Counted from the first letter of the stretch, positions 1-10,293 are shown. The stretch is DNA of 64,000 nt from an uncultured Candidatus Saccharibacteria bacterium (GCA_964580085.1 CAZOJF010000001.1:1607-65606); one strand, 5' to 3'. A program made the numbers and translations. The notes: generated by a model not told the origin, from the sequence alone.

Positions 1-1088
1 GCTCTTTTAATAATCTCTGGCTTGTTTTTGACTAAAGGTAAAATCGAGATTTTAATAGGAGCTAAACATTTCGCCAGTTTTAATAAAACTTCTGTTTCTT
101 TTATTGACTTTGTAGTAGTAGTTCGACCCCCTTTAACTTCTTGATAGGCTTCATTTAGAAAGGCCAAAAGAGATCTTTCTACCCCCACTGAGGTCTCAAT
201 AATGTATGGGTAGTATTTAGAACCATCTTCTTGCGTATAAGATAAATCTTTCCCCGAATATTTTGAATGGTTTTTTAAGTCCCAATCTCCTCTGTTATGG
301 ATACCCTCAATTTCTCCCCAGCCAAAAGAAAAATGATACTCTATATCTACTTGTCTTTGGGCATAATGAGCTCTGTCTTTTTTAGGGATCTCTATCGCTC
401 TTAAATTCTCTTCTTTAATTCCTAGTTTCGTGTACCAATTTAATCTTTCATTTTTCCAATAGTCAAAATATTTATCAGCATCTTGGGGATTGCAAAACCA
501 TTGCATTTCCATTTGCTCAAACTCTCTAGTTCTAAAGATAAAGTTTTTAGGATTAATTTCATTTCTAAATGATTTTCCTATTTGAGCTATGCCTAAAGGA
601 ATTTTTAAACGCATTGAATTCAAAACATTTAAAAAGTTAATATAAATCCCCTGACATGTTTCTGGTCTCAGATAAGTTAGAGATGCTTTATCTTCAACTG
701 GACCTATAAATGTCTTCATCATTAAGTTAAACTTTTTGGGTTTACTTAATTCTCCTCCACATTCAGGACATTTGTCTTTTTTAATCTCATCCGCTTTAAA
801 ACGTTTATGACATCTCTTACATTCTAATAATTCATCTGCAAATCCAGCACTTAAATGTCCTGAGGCCTCCCAAACTTTTGGATTCATTAAAATACTGGCA
901 TCTAACCCAACTATGTTATCGTGTTTTAAAAGCATTTCCTCTCTCCATGCTTTTTTGATATTATTTTTTAATTCCACACCCAACGGTCCAAAATCATAAA
1001 CACCTCCAATTCCTTCATAAATTTCTGAAGATGGAAAAATAAATCCTCGTCTTTTGCAAAGAGAAATAATTTTTTTGTTTAAATCCAT
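1..1088 (-). CDS. glyQS: Glycine--tRNA ligase (alpha2 dimeric type). The N-terminal part lies in the window and the gene runs off the window start.
   Basis: Manual reverse translation from the ATG at 1086-1088 gives MDLNKKIISLCKRRGFIFPSSEIYEGIGGVYDFGPLGVELKNNIKK... with a Zn-ribbon insertion CKRCHKRF...CPECGG. This is typical of GlyQS. The ORF was not in the supplied track because it is truncated by the window edge. Confidence 0.8.
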   Translation of the reverse strand, partial: MDLNKKIISLCKRRGFIFPSSEIYEGIGGVYDFGPLGVELKNNIKKAWREEMLLKHDNIVGLDASILMNPKVWEASGHLSAGFADELLECKRCHKRFKADEIKKDKCPECGGELSKPKKFNLMMKTFIGPVEDKASLTYLRPETCQGIYINFLNVLNSMRLKIPLGIAQIGKSFRNEINPKNFIFRTREFEQMEMQWFCNPQDADKYFDYWKNERLNWYTKLGIKEENLRAIEIPKKDRAHYAQRQVDIEYHFSFGWGEIEGIHNRGDWDLKNHSKYSGKDLSYTQEDGSKYYPYIIETSVGVERSLLAFLNEAYQEVKGGRTTTTKSIKETEVLLKLAKCLAPIKISILPLVKNKPEIIKR

Positions 1089-1096
1089 AATGTTTA

Positions 1097-2761
1097 TTAA
1101 TTATTACTTACTAGACCTTGTTCATAATTAACACTTTCATCTTCTGGCAAACTGGTGTCGATTCCTGAGACATCTGAAGTTAGTATATCTTGGGTAAATT
1201 TATCTTGACCCACTACTTGCGCTTTTTTAACTAATATTGCTGTTTTCCCTATTTGATCTGTGCTGGGAGTTAATCTAACCTGAAAAGCTAAAGTTAAAGG
1301 GATTTCACCTGTCCCTTGATATGTGTTTACGTCTCCTATATTCCAAATTACTTCTCTGCTTACAGAATCAAACGTAAATTTAGAATCTTCTGGGAAAAAA
1401 TTGCCTGTAGGGTTTACATTAGAAGGCAATACTGCTTTCACTTTTACATTATTAGCTTCATTTGAATAATTTTTAACTTGCCAAAGAATAGTATAAGTTG
1501 TTGATTCTCCAACTTTAGGAGGTAGAGGGCCTGAATTCCCAAAAAATTCTTCTTGAAAATAAGCTTTTTGCAAAATATCTAACTTAGAATTAACTTTTAT
1601 TTCAAATTCTTTTTCGGCTTCGCTAATTAATACCTCATTCCGCAAAACTGGATTTATTGTTCCGGAAATAAAAGTTTCATCTTTTATTTTTATCCAAAAT
1701 TCAACTTTTCCTTCCTCCCCCGCGTCTAAAAAACTCAATTTAGGTATATTTTTCCAATCAAAAATTATAGAATTATCTCCTGGTCCAGTTTCTCCCTTGT
1801 CTGACCGTAACGTTTCTATGTCAAATACTTCACTATTTAATTTAACTAATAAAAACTTTTTCGTAAAAGATTTTCTACCTATATTTTTAAAGAAAATTTC
1901 ATAATGGAGTAAATCTCCTGGGTTGGCGATATAATTTGGGGAGTTATTTACTATTTGAGATATGTAAATAGCTGGCTCAATAATCTGGATTGACTGGGCA
2001 GTCTCCTTTAGAATAACAAATTCTCCATCTATATATATCCCTAACTCCGCTCTAAAAACTTTTTGGTCTCCTGTTTCTCCATCAATATCACCTAATATTC
2101 TTATTCTCCCCCCGCTGGCTAGGCTAAGCAAAGGAACTTGCCATTCTGTTTTGTCTATTGATTGAGGGATAGAACTTTTAAATAAGAAGTTATCTGGATA
2201 AATAAGCCTAATTTTTAACTCCGAAAGTTCACAATCAAAGTTTGAAAAGTAGTTTAAAGAAAAATTAAGTTTTTGCCCCGCTTCAATTTTAGAAGCAAGA
2301 TCAAATTCAAAAGTTAAAGGAACAAATTTAATTTGGGTACTAAAACTTGTTTTGGATTCATAGCGGGCTTTTAAATTTTTCGGTTGATAATTTAACCAAG
2401 CATTTGCTGTTACTATTTCATTTTCTTTTCCTATTAATCTCCCTTTAAATTTAAAACTTTTTTCTTGCCCAGGATATATGTCTTCTACTTTTTCAGTTAT
2501 TCTTAATGCAATATCATTTTCGAGAATAGAGTGTTCTGGATATTCAAAGGTAAGCTCTGGATTTTCCAAAACAACATCTCCATTATTTTTATATCTAACT
2601 AAATATTCTATTTCTTCTCCGGCTTGCACAGCTTCTGGGCCTAATATTTCAACTTTTAATATCTCCTTTGAATAATTGTTTCTTTGAAAATACCAAAGAC
2701 CTACCAATCCAGTTATTAAGAGTAAAATTGTAATAGAAATCACTAAAAAGTTTTTAGGCAT
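1097..2761 (-). CDS. Hypothetical membrane-anchored protein (N-terminal TM helix, long beta-rich/Ig-like extracellular region)
   Basis: 554-aa ORF. It has an N-terminal hydrophobic segment (LVISITILLLITGLVGLWYF) followed by repetitive beta-strand-like sequence. No recognisable catalytic motif. Confidence 0.5.
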   Translation of the reverse strand: MPKNFLVISITILLLITGLVGLWYFQRNNYSKEILKVEILGPEAVQAGEEIEYLVRYKNNGDVVLENPELTFEYPEHSILENDIALRITEKVEDIYPGQEKSFKFKGRLIGKENEIVTANAWLNYQPKNLKARYESKTSFSTQIKFVPLTFEFDLASKIEAGQKLNFSLNYFSNFDCELSELKIRLIYPDNFLFKSSIPQSIDKTEWQVPLLSLASGGRIRILGDIDGETGDQKVFRAELGIYIDGEFVILKETAQSIQIIEPAIYISQIVNNSPNYIANPGDLLHYEIFFKNIGRKSFTKKFLLVKLNSEVFDIETLRSDKGETGPGDNSIIFDWKNIPKLSFLDAGEEGKVEFWIKIKDETFISGTINPVLRNEVLISEAEKEFEIKVNSKLDILQKAYFQEEFFGNSGPLPPKVGESTTYTILWQVKNYSNEANNVKVKAVLPSNVNPTGNFFPEDSKFTFDSVSREVIWNIGDVNTYQGTGEIPLTLAFQVRLTPSTDQIGKTAILVKKAQVVGQDKFTQDILTSDVSGIDTSLPEDESVNYEQGLVSNN

Positions 2762-2773
2762 ATTTTTTGTTTA

Positions 2774-3490
2774 TTAGTTTAAAAGATAATTAAGATTATT
2801 TTTATCTTCCTGTTTTATTTTTAAATATTGTAATGTTTTCCAATCTTTTTTAAGAATGATTCTTAAAACTTTTATTGTATTTATATTTATGTTTGAATAC
2901 AATTCTTTATTCACTTTGTCCATTTTTTGGAAACATGATTGACAAATTATTCCGTTTTCTTTAGAAAATAAATAGATATTTTCTTTGTATAATTTTTTAT
3001 GGCAAATATAACAATAATAAAGTTCTGGTTTATATCCGAGGATAGAAATTAAGTTCCAGTAAAAGTAATAATAAATTATTTCCACCTGCCAACCACTAAT
3101 TTCTAAATTTAGGTTTAATTTTTGAAAAGTTTCTTTTAGCAACTGCCAAATTTTGTCATCTTTTTCTTCTCCGTGAACTAAGTTATTGATATCTTTACTA
3201 ATTTTAGAAGCAATTTGGAATTTGTTATTTTCTATTTTTAAATTTTTAAACTTATCAATTAAAACTGCATCCGTCAGCGTTTTGTAAACTTTTCCTTGTA
3301 TAAATTCAATCTCTGAAAGAGAAAAAATTTCTGTTCCTGCCCTTAATTTTGACTTAATTTTTCTAATGGCTTTACCAAAAACCTTTATTCTGCCAAAATC
3401 CCTTGTAAAAACAGTAAAAATCCGACTGTCTTTCCTATCTTCTTTTTCTTCCAAAAAAAATCCTTTGGTTCTAAAATATGTAAACGGCAT
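2774..3490 (-). CDS. recO: DNA repair protein RecO
   Basis: 238 aa. N-terminal OB-fold-like region (IFTVFTRDFGRIKVFGKAIRK) and C-terminal CxxC...CxxC zinc motif (CYICHKK...CQSCF). Size and layout are typical of RecO. Confidence 0.6.
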   Translation of the reverse strand: MPFTYFRTKGFFLEEKEDRKDSRIFTVFTRDFGRIKVFGKAIRKIKSKLRAGTEIFSLSEIEFIQGKVYKTLTDAVLIDKFKNLKIENNKFQIASKISKDINNLVHGEEKDDKIWQLLKETFQKLNLNLEISGWQVEIIYYYFYWNLISILGYKPELYYCYICHKKLYKENIYLFSKENGIICQSCFQKMDKVNKELYSNININTIKVLRIILKKDWKTLQYLKIKQEDKNNLNYLLN

Positions 3491-3506
3491 TATTATACTA
3501 TTATCT

Positions 3507-3806
3507 TTAAAAGTCTCCCAGTTTTTTTAGATAGTTTATATCATTATTGATTTTCTTTCTCTCTTGCCAGTTTGCTCTTACTTTCTCTTTTTGGAGACCC
3601 TTAATCAATCCCTTCACATCTTTACGGTCAATATTAGAGCCATATCTTTTAAAATCAAATTTCTTCTCAAAAGCTTCTCTTTCTTGTCGAGTATATCTTC
3701 TTGCTGAACCAGTAAACTTTGGGGGAGCTTGTCTTAGTCCTTCCCTTAAATCAACTCGGGATAAATATCCTTTTTTGCCAAAAAAATCTTCTGTTGGTTT
3801 TTCCAT
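3507..3806 (-). CDS. Hypothetical small basic protein
   Basis: 99-aa ORF. Lys/Arg-rich. No recognisable motif. Confidence 0.35.
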   Translation of the reverse strand: MEKPTEDFFGKKGYLSRVDLREGLRQAPPKFTGSARRYTRQEREAFEKKFDFKRYGSNIDRKDVKGLIKGLQKEKVRANWQERKKINNDINYLKKLGDF

Positions 3807-3827
3807 AATGTTTATACTATGGTTATT

Positions 3828-6704
3828 TTAGATGACCTTTTTAATCGCTAAATGAACTTCTTCTTCTTCAATTTTCATTATTTTTTCATTCTCTGAAATT
3901 TCATCTGGTATATTCTCTTTAATTTCTTTTGCCTTTGTGTCTAATAAAATCTTCTTAGCATTGTCTTCTAAGAACCTTTTTAATCCTTGGGCTTGGTAAT
4001 AAATTATAATTTTATCTTCGGGTGTAAACTTTAACTTTTTACGGAGATTTTGAATTTGTCTAACAATCTCTCTAATATTTCCTTCTTGTTTTAATTCTTT
4101 TGTAATTGTTGGGTCTAACTCTATTTGTTTTTGTATTTTTGAATCAAAAATTACTTGTTTTACATTTACTTCTTCTTTTATCAAGTCTAATAATTCTTGA
4201 TTTTCTTTAATCTTTTCTCCCTGACCATCAATGTTAATCTTTAACAAAGAGAGCGGTTGTCTCACTTTTATTCCTAGATTAGCTCTCTCAGATAACGATA
4301 AGGCAACTATGTCTCTTATGTTTTTCATATCATTTTCTAACTCTGAGTTTATAAATTGCTTTTCTGATTTTGGCCAATCATATAAATGAATTGATTCTGG
4401 CATGTCTTCTGTCTTCAAATCTAAATAAACTTGCTCTGCAAAAAATGGCATCATTGGAGCAATTAATTTACTCAAATTCAAAAGAACAAAATAAAGAGTT
4501 GAAATTGCATCTTTTGAGTTTTCTGCTGAATGAAATCTCTTTCGAGAACGCCTGATATACCAAAGAGATAAATCATTTATAAAGAAATCTTCAATAGATA
4601 AACTCGCTTTATAGGCATCATATTTGTCTAAACATTCCGTAACTTCTTTTATTAAATTATTCAAACGAGATAAAATCCATTTATCTAAAACATTTTTTGA
4701 ATCTGGAGATTCTAAAGAAGATTTTTCTTTAGAGGCATAGGTGTTATAAAAGGCATAACTATTCCATAAAACTAAAAGTTTTCTTTTTATTTCTTGAGCA
4801 ACATTATAGCCAAATCTTAAATTAGAAACTGGATTTTGCTTAGCATACATCCATCTCATAACATCTGCTCCTATTTTTTCTACGGCCTCATCAAACCAAA
4901 TAGCATTACCTTTTGATTTATGCATTTCTTCTCCTTTTTCATCAACTGCTGTGGCATATCCAAAAATTGTTTTAGTTGGTGGGACTCCTTCTAAAACCTG
5001 ACTCATAACTATAAGAGAATAAAACCAATTTTTAAATTGTCCTGGAAAAGATTCTGAAATAAAATCAGAAGGAAACCATTTTCCCCAAAATTCTTTATCT
5101 GTAGAATATTTACGCGTGGAAAAGGAAACTATTCCTGCATCTAACCACGGATTACCTACATCTGGAATACGAGAAATTGTCTCTCCACATTTGGGACACT
5201 TAATTTTAACCTTATCAATCCAAGGTTTATGAGGAGAATGCCCTTCAAGCTCATCCCATCCTTCCACAGCTTTTTCTTTTAATTCTTGCTTAGACCCAAT
5301 TACTTCAAAATTACCACATTTTGGGCACTCATAAATCGGGAGAGCTAATCCCCAATAACGTTTCTTAGAAATAAGCCAATCTTGCATATTTTTTAACCAA
5401 TCTAATTCCCTATCCAGCCCAAACCTTGGTATCCATTCTATTTTTTTAACACTTTCCATAAGATCATCTCTTATTTTATCCATAGAAATATACCATTCAT
5501 CAACTAATCTAAAAATCAACTCTGTTTTGCATCTCCAACAAGTTGGGTAACGATGTGTATAATTCTCAATTTTAAAAACAAAATTTTGTTTTTCTAGGTC
5601 TTCAAAAATTAAATCATTTACTCCAGACACTAATTTACCTGTTAAATAATCAAACCCTTTTCTGTATCTACTTTCGTCGTTCGTAGGATTAATTACGGGT
5701 ATTTTTAACTCTTTGCTTAGTTGAAAATCTTCTTGCCCACACCCAGGAGCAATATGGACAATTCCTGTTCCTTCCTCAATATTCACTTCGTCCCATAAAA
5801 TGACTACATGTTCATATCCTTTAAGTACTTTTTTCACTTCGGGGAATTTATCAAAGCCCATGCCTTGATATTTTATCCCCTTTAATTTCTTTCCTTTGAA
5901 TATCTCTATAATCTCTCCCTTTTCAATAATCTGGGCTTTTTCTTTTAATAAAATGAATATTTCTCCTTGTTCATTCTTTACTTTGGCATATTCTAAATCT
6001 GGATGGACTGCTAGAGCAACATTAGCCGGTAATGTCCAGGGAGTAGTTGTCCAGGCCAGAAAGAATGTTTTTTCTTGCTCTTTAACGGGAAACTTTATAA
6101 AGATTGCCTTATGGGTTATCTCTTTATATTCTTCGGTTAATATCTCATGTTGAGAGATTGCTGTCCCACACCTCGGACACCAAGGGACTACATCTCTTCC
6201 TTTGTATAGAAGTCCTTTTTCTTTACACTTTTTTAAAAAATGCCAAATCGTATAGTTATTTTCATCAGACATTGTAAAATAGGAATTATCCCAATCCATC
6301 CATTGCCCTAAACGAATGGACTGCCTGGTTTGAATTTTGGAGTATTTCAGAACTCTTTCTTTACATTTCTTAACAAACTTCCCAACCCCGTATTTTTCTA
6401 TGTCTTTTTTATCTTTGAACCCAAGCTCTTTTTCAACTTCAACTTCCACCCATAACCCCTGGCAATCAAACCCATTTTGATATCTTTCATCTATCCCCTG
6501 CATTGCCTTATATCTTCTGAATAAGTCTTTATATGTTCTCCCCCAAGCATGGTGAACCCCCATGGGATTATTGGCGGTTATTGGCCCATCTAAAAATGAC
6601 CAAGTTTTTTTATCTTTATTTTTCTCTCTCAACTTCTCAAAAATCTTTTTCTCCTTCCAAAACTTTAATATTTTATTTTCTATTTCTGGAAAATTAACAT
6701 CCAT
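3828..6704 (-). CDS. ileS: Isoleucine--tRNA ligase
   Basis: 958 aa. N-terminal FLDGPITANNPMGVHHAWGRTYKD (HIGH-class motif region) and GFDCQGLWVE resemble the IleRS GWDCHGLPIE block. KMSKS-like MHKSKGNAI is present. Zn-binding CPRCGT/CWRCKT pairs are present. Confidence 0.8.
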   Translation of the reverse strand: MDVNFPEIENKILKFWKEKKIFEKLREKNKDKKTWSFLDGPITANNPMGVHHAWGRTYKDLFRRYKAMQGIDERYQNGFDCQGLWVEVEVEKELGFKDKKDIEKYGVGKFVKKCKERVLKYSKIQTRQSIRLGQWMDWDNSYFTMSDENNYTIWHFLKKCKEKGLLYKGRDVVPWCPRCGTAISQHEILTEEYKEITHKAIFIKFPVKEQEKTFFLAWTTTPWTLPANVALAVHPDLEYAKVKNEQGEIFILLKEKAQIIEKGEIIEIFKGKKLKGIKYQGMGFDKFPEVKKVLKGYEHVVILWDEVNIEEGTGIVHIAPGCGQEDFQLSKELKIPVINPTNDESRYRKGFDYLTGKLVSGVNDLIFEDLEKQNFVFKIENYTHRYPTCWRCKTELIFRLVDEWYISMDKIRDDLMESVKKIEWIPRFGLDRELDWLKNMQDWLISKKRYWGLALPIYECPKCGNFEVIGSKQELKEKAVEGWDELEGHSPHKPWIDKVKIKCPKCGETISRIPDVGNPWLDAGIVSFSTRKYSTDKEFWGKWFPSDFISESFPGQFKNWFYSLIVMSQVLEGVPPTKTIFGYATAVDEKGEEMHKSKGNAIWFDEAVEKIGADVMRWMYAKQNPVSNLRFGYNVAQEIKRKLLVLWNSYAFYNTYASKEKSSLESPDSKNVLDKWILSRLNNLIKEVTECLDKYDAYKASLSIEDFFINDLSLWYIRRSRKRFHSAENSKDAISTLYFVLLNLSKLIAPMMPFFAEQVYLDLKTEDMPESIHLYDWPKSEKQFINSELENDMKNIRDIVALSLSERANLGIKVRQPLSLLKINIDGQGEKIKENQELLDLIKEEVNVKQVIFDSKIQKQIELDPTITKELKQEGNIREIVRQIQNLRKKLKFTPEDKIIIYYQAQGLKRFLEDNAKKILLDTKAKEIKENIPDEISENEKIMKIEEEEVHLAIKKVI

Positions 6705-6710
6705 ATAAAA

Positions 6711-7283
6711 TTATTTATATTCTAATTTTCTAAACTCTCCAACCCCTAATAAAGAAGCCTCGTTCTGGTTTAAAAGGTTTTCATCTTTTATGCCCATTAA
6801 CATCCCGTCTAAAATATGTAATGGTCCCCGATGACTGATTATTAAAATATTTTTGTTCTTATATTTTTCATCAATTTCATTAAAAAAATCAAGTAATCTT
6901 TTTTCTACATCTAAGCCACTCTCTCCGTTCTTGGGCTTTTCAAAAAATCTTTGCTTTAAACTAGAAAAATCTTTCCGATAATCTTTAATCAATTTATTTT
7001 TGTAATCACCATAATCAATTTCTCTAAGACGAATATCAAAAATCGGTTGGACATTTATTTTACGAGAAACAATTTCAGAAGTCTGCTTAGTTCTAGTCAT
7101 GTCTGATGAAAAAATCAAATCTATATTTTTATCCATCAATTCTTTTGCCGCCTTCTCTATCTGCCCCTCTCCTCTTTTAGTTAAAAATATAGGAGATGGC
7201 TCTGGCCAAGGATATATTGTTATTTCTTTTTTGATTTGGTATGGAGTTTCCCCATGCCTTAAAATAAAATAAGTATTATTCAT
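6711..7283 (-). CDS. Histidine phosphatase family protein (phosphoglycerate mutase-like)
   Basis: LRHGETPYQ (RHGE catalytic motif) and SSDMTRTKQT are present. 190 aa. Confidence 0.7.
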   Translation of the reverse strand: MNNTYFILRHGETPYQIKKEITIYPWPEPSPIFLTKRGEGQIEKAAKELMDKNIDLIFSSDMTRTKQTSEIVSRKINVQPIFDIRLREIDYGDYKNKLIKDYRKDFSSLKQRFFEKPKNGESGLDVEKRLLDFFNEIDEKYKNKNILIISHRGPLHILDGMLMGIKDENLLNQNEASLLGVGEFRKLEYK

Positions 7284-7284
7284 A

Positions 7285-8850
7285 TTACATTTTTTCTGGA
7301 GCAGAAATCCCCATTATGTCTAAGGTATTTTTTAAAACAATTTGGGTTGCCAACACTAACCCTAGTCGAGCATTACTTAACTCTTTATCTTCTATCAGAA
7401 CATGACAATTCTTATAAAATTGATGGAAACAACTAGCTGTTTCAAATGTATACTTTGGCAATCTTTGAGTTTGATAATCTTTAGCCGTATCTCTAATAAT
7501 TTCTGGTAATTTAACTAATTGCTTTATTAATTTTAATTCTAAAGGATCATTTAATAATTGAAAATTAGCTTGTTTTGTCTCAGGCTTAATATCAGATTTT
7601 TTAAGGATACTACAAATTCTAGCATAAGCATATTGGATATAATAAACTGGATTTTTTTTTGATTGTTCTTTGGCTAAAGATAAATCAAAGTTTAAATGAG
7701 TATTGGCTGATTTCTGTAAAAAGAAAAATCTAACTACATCTTTCCCTACTTCTCCAAGCAGTTCATCCATAGTAACAAATGTTCCTTGTCTTTTAGACAT
7801 TTTCTTTCTTTCTCCTCCTTCTAATATAGTAACAAACTGATATAATATTATCTCTAACTTACCTTTGTGCCCTAGTGCTTCTATAATAGCCATAAGACCA
7901 GGAATATCTCCATGATGGTCTGCTCCCCATATATTGATTAATCTATCAAACTTTTTTAGTTTATAGTCATGCAAAGCTAAGTCTCCTGCTAGATATGTTT
8001 TCCATTTATCTGATTTAATTAATACTCTGTCTCTTCTATCCCCAAACTTAGTTGATTTAAACCATACTGCTCCTTCTTTTTTATATATTAAATCTCCTAA
8101 AGAATCTATTAATTCATCTACTTTACCTTTTTCATGAAAATCCGACTCAGATATCCATTCATCATATTGAATGCCCATGTTATCAGTAGTCTTTTTAATC
8201 ATATCAAGAATAATCTCAACTGCTTTTTTACCTGCTTTATATGGATCTTTTTCTTTTATTTTTTTAGCTAATTCTTTAATATATTCTCCTTTATATTCTG
8301 TCTTATCGTCTTGTAACACAGAATGACCCAAAGCCATTACTTGCCCTCCATAATTGTTAACATAGTATGCTTTCTCAACTTTGAACCCTGATTTATCTAA
8401 TATATTTGCTATCACATCTCCCATTGGCCCCCCTCTAGCATTAGCTACTGTTAATGGCCCAGTAGGATTGGCTGAAATAAATTCAACCTGAACTTTCTTA
8501 TTATTCCCAATATCTATGTTTCCAAAATCTTTACCCTGCTCTAATATCTCTCCAATTTGTTTTTGAATAATGTTTTTAGATAAAAAAAAGTTAATAAACC
8601 CTGGTTTAACCACTTCCACCTTATCAAAAAATAATTGATCGAGCGATTGAACTATAATTTCTGCTACTTCTAAGGGATTCTTTTTAATTCTTTTTCCGAT
8701 TTCCATTGCCAAATTAGTTGAAAAATCACCATGAATCTCTTTTTCAGGGTATTCTATAAAAATACTAGGCATCTTAAAATCAGGCAATTTTGCTTCTTTT
8801 TGGAGGATATTGATTGTCTTTTCTAACAAATCAGATATTTGTTTTTTCAT
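7285..8850 (-). CDS. argS: Arginine--tRNA ligase
   Basis: 521 aa. FISANPTGPLTVANARGG (ArgRS HIGH-region variant), MSKR-type motif (KKMSKRQG), and a C-terminal ...ISAPEKM ending typical of ArgRS. Confidence 0.85.
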   Translation of the reverse strand: MKKQISDLLEKTINILQKEAKLPDFKMPSIFIEYPEKEIHGDFSTNLAMEIGKRIKKNPLEVAEIIVQSLDQLFFDKVEVVKPGFINFFLSKNIIQKQIGEILEQGKDFGNIDIGNNKKVQVEFISANPTGPLTVANARGGPMGDVIANILDKSGFKVEKAYYVNNYGGQVMALGHSVLQDDKTEYKGEYIKELAKKIKEKDPYKAGKKAVEIILDMIKKTTDNMGIQYDEWISESDFHEKGKVDELIDSLGDLIYKKEGAVWFKSTKFGDRRDRVLIKSDKWKTYLAGDLALHDYKLKKFDRLINIWGADHHGDIPGLMAIIEALGHKGKLEIILYQFVTILEGGERKKMSKRQGTFVTMDELLGEVGKDVVRFFFLQKSANTHLNFDLSLAKEQSKKNPVYYIQYAYARICSILKKSDIKPETKQANFQLLNDPLELKLIKQLVKLPEIIRDTAKDYQTQRLPKYTFETASCFHQFYKNCHVLIEDKELSNARLGLVLATQIVLKNTLDIMGISAPEKM

Positions 8851-8946
8851 ATAAATATATGTTTTCAGTTTACCTTTTTATGCCTTTTATTTCAACCTTA
8901 TTGAGGTTAGACATATTTTAAGTTAGACTAAGACAAGATTATAATT

Positions 8947-9399
8947 ATGAGGATTATATTAGAAAACAAAAAGGCTTTATTCGATTATTCTATACTAGAA
9001 AAATTTGAAGCTGGCATAGTGTTAAAAGGATTAGAAGTAAAATCTATAAAAACCGGAAGAATGAACTTACGAGGCTCTTTCGTAGTCATTAATCAATCCC
9101 CTACTGAAGTTTTTTTAATTGGTGCCAATATCCCTCCTTACCAACCCAATAACACACCTGATGATTATGACCCCAAAAGGAGTCGTAAACTTCTCTTGAA
9201 AAAAACCGAAATAAAGCATTTGATAGGTAAATCCAGGGAAAGAGGTTTGACAATGGTGCCTATAAAAGTGTATACTATTAAGGGTAAAATAAAGATAGAG
9301 TTTGCCATAGTAAAAGGAAAGAAAAAATTTGATAAGAGAGAACAAATTAAGAAAAGACAGACTAAGAAAGAAATCGAAAGAGAAATAAAGAGGGGGTGA
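8947..9399 (+). CDS. smpB: SsrA-binding protein SmpB
   Basis: 150 aa. FDYSILEKFEAGIVLKGLEVKSIKTGRMNLRGSFV matches the conserved SmpB N-terminus. A basic C-terminal tail is present. tmRNA lies immediately downstream. Confidence 0.9.
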   Translation: MRIILENKKALFDYSILEKFEAGIVLKGLEVKSIKTGRMNLRGSFVVINQSPTEVFLIGANIPPYQPNNTPDDYDPKRSRKLLLKKTEIKHLIGKSRERGLTMVPIKVYTIKGKIKIEFAIVKGKKKFDKREQIKKRQTKKEIEREIKRG

Positions 9400-9762
9400 A
9401 TGTTTTGACAGAAATCTTATCTGGAATAAGCAAGGCGAGTTCTGAAATCTCGTTAAACTTTCAGAAATTTAATAAGTGCAAACTTATTTTCAAAACCAGC
9501 TTACGCTTTTGCGTAATGGTTGCCTCGAACTGAGTTTACTCTCGTTTGAAGCCATCTCCCTATTGATTCTCAATAAATAGTAAGAGGTGTTATACATTGA
9601 GATAGATAATTATCTTGTTCCGAATAATTATTAAAACTAAGGAACTCGGATATCAAAAGTTTTGTTTATTTTATATTTTGTTATCTTAAAAATAAAATAA
9701 ACTAACCTTGTAGAATTGTTTCGGAAAAATTTTTGGACGCGAGTTCAATCTCGCCATCTCCA
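9392..9762 (+). ncRNA. ssrA: tmRNA (ssrA), about 370 nt. The encoded tag peptide is ANLFSKPAYAFA.
   Basis: The 3' end GGACGCGAGTTCAATCTCGCCATCTCCA is a tRNA-like T-arm plus acceptor, matching the tmRNA 3' consensus GGACGCGGGTTCAACTCCCGCCAGCTCCACCA (CCA is not encoded). The 5' strand GGGGGTG at 9392-9398 pairs with CATCTCC through G-U wobbles. The downstream AAUGUUUUGACAG resembles the tmRNA D-loop analogue. An internal ORF GCA AAC TTA TTT TCA AAA CCA GCT TAC GCT TTT GCG TAA (9478-9516) encodes a tag ending in YAFA. Confidence 0.85.
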
Positions 9763-9780
9763 CTAATTATTAAAATTAAA

Positions 9781-10293
9781 ATTTTGTCCAAAAGAATATT
9801 TATCAATAATAGAATAAGAGCTAGAGAAGTACGGTTAATTGACGAAACTGGAAAACAATTAGGTATTGTTAGTTTAACAGATGCTTTAAGAAAATCTCGA
9901 GAAGCTGGGCTAGATTTAATTCAAGTAACTGAAAGGGTCAGTCCCCCCGTATGTAAAATTTTGGATCATGGGAAATATGCTTATCAAGAAAAAAAGAAAG
10001 AGAAAAAACAAAAACAAAATAAAAGTGGAGAATTAAAAAGTATAAGATTAAAATTTAACATATCTCCTCATGATACTGAGACCAGAATGAAATCAGCCGA
10101 AAAATTCCTTAAAAAAGGATATCGAGTAAAGATAGAAATGGTTTTAAGAGGTAGAGAAAAACGACTTTCCGATTTTGCTAGAGAAAAATTAGATCAATTT
10201 TTAAAGACATTACAGGAACTAATCCCAATTAAAATTGAAAGAGAAACAAAACGAGCCGGAAAAGGGTTAGTAACCATAATAACTAAACTATGA
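9781..10293 (+). CDS. infC: Translation initiation factor IF-3. It probably uses a non-AUG start (AUU or UUG near 9781-9786).
   Basis: INNRIRAREVRLIDETGKQLGIVSLTDALRKSREAGLDLIQV...SPPVCKILDHGKYAYQ aligns with the IF-3 N-terminus. infC classically initiates at AUU. The ORF track's upstream M (9733) overlaps the tmRNA 3' end and is rejected. The exact start is uncertain. Confidence 0.75.
   Translation: MLSKRIFINNRIRAREVRLIDETGKQLGIVSLTDALRKSREAGLDLIQVTERVSPPVCKILDHGKYAYQEKKKEKKQKQNKSGELKSIRLKFNISPHDTETRMKSAEKFLKKGYRVKIEMVLRGREKRLSDFAREKLDQFLKTLQELIPIKIERETKRAGKGLVTIITKL

Noticed and set aside
2478-2675. Numerous short ORFs antisense to or nested within long genes (for example 2478-2675, 4370-4555, 15647-16036, 22994-23182, 32470-32979, 40398-40934)
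   Set aside because: They are entirely contained in well-supported longer genes on the opposite strand. They have low-complexity or hydrophobic translations and no motifs. They are the AT-rich spurious frames typical of low-GC genomes.
9733-9780. ORF-track N-terminal extension of infC starting at an upstream Met (MDASSISPSPLIIKIKILSK...)
   Set aside because: This segment overlaps the tRNA-like 3' end of the tmRNA. IF-3 homology begins only around INNRIRAREV. The real start is most likely a non-AUG codon near 9781.
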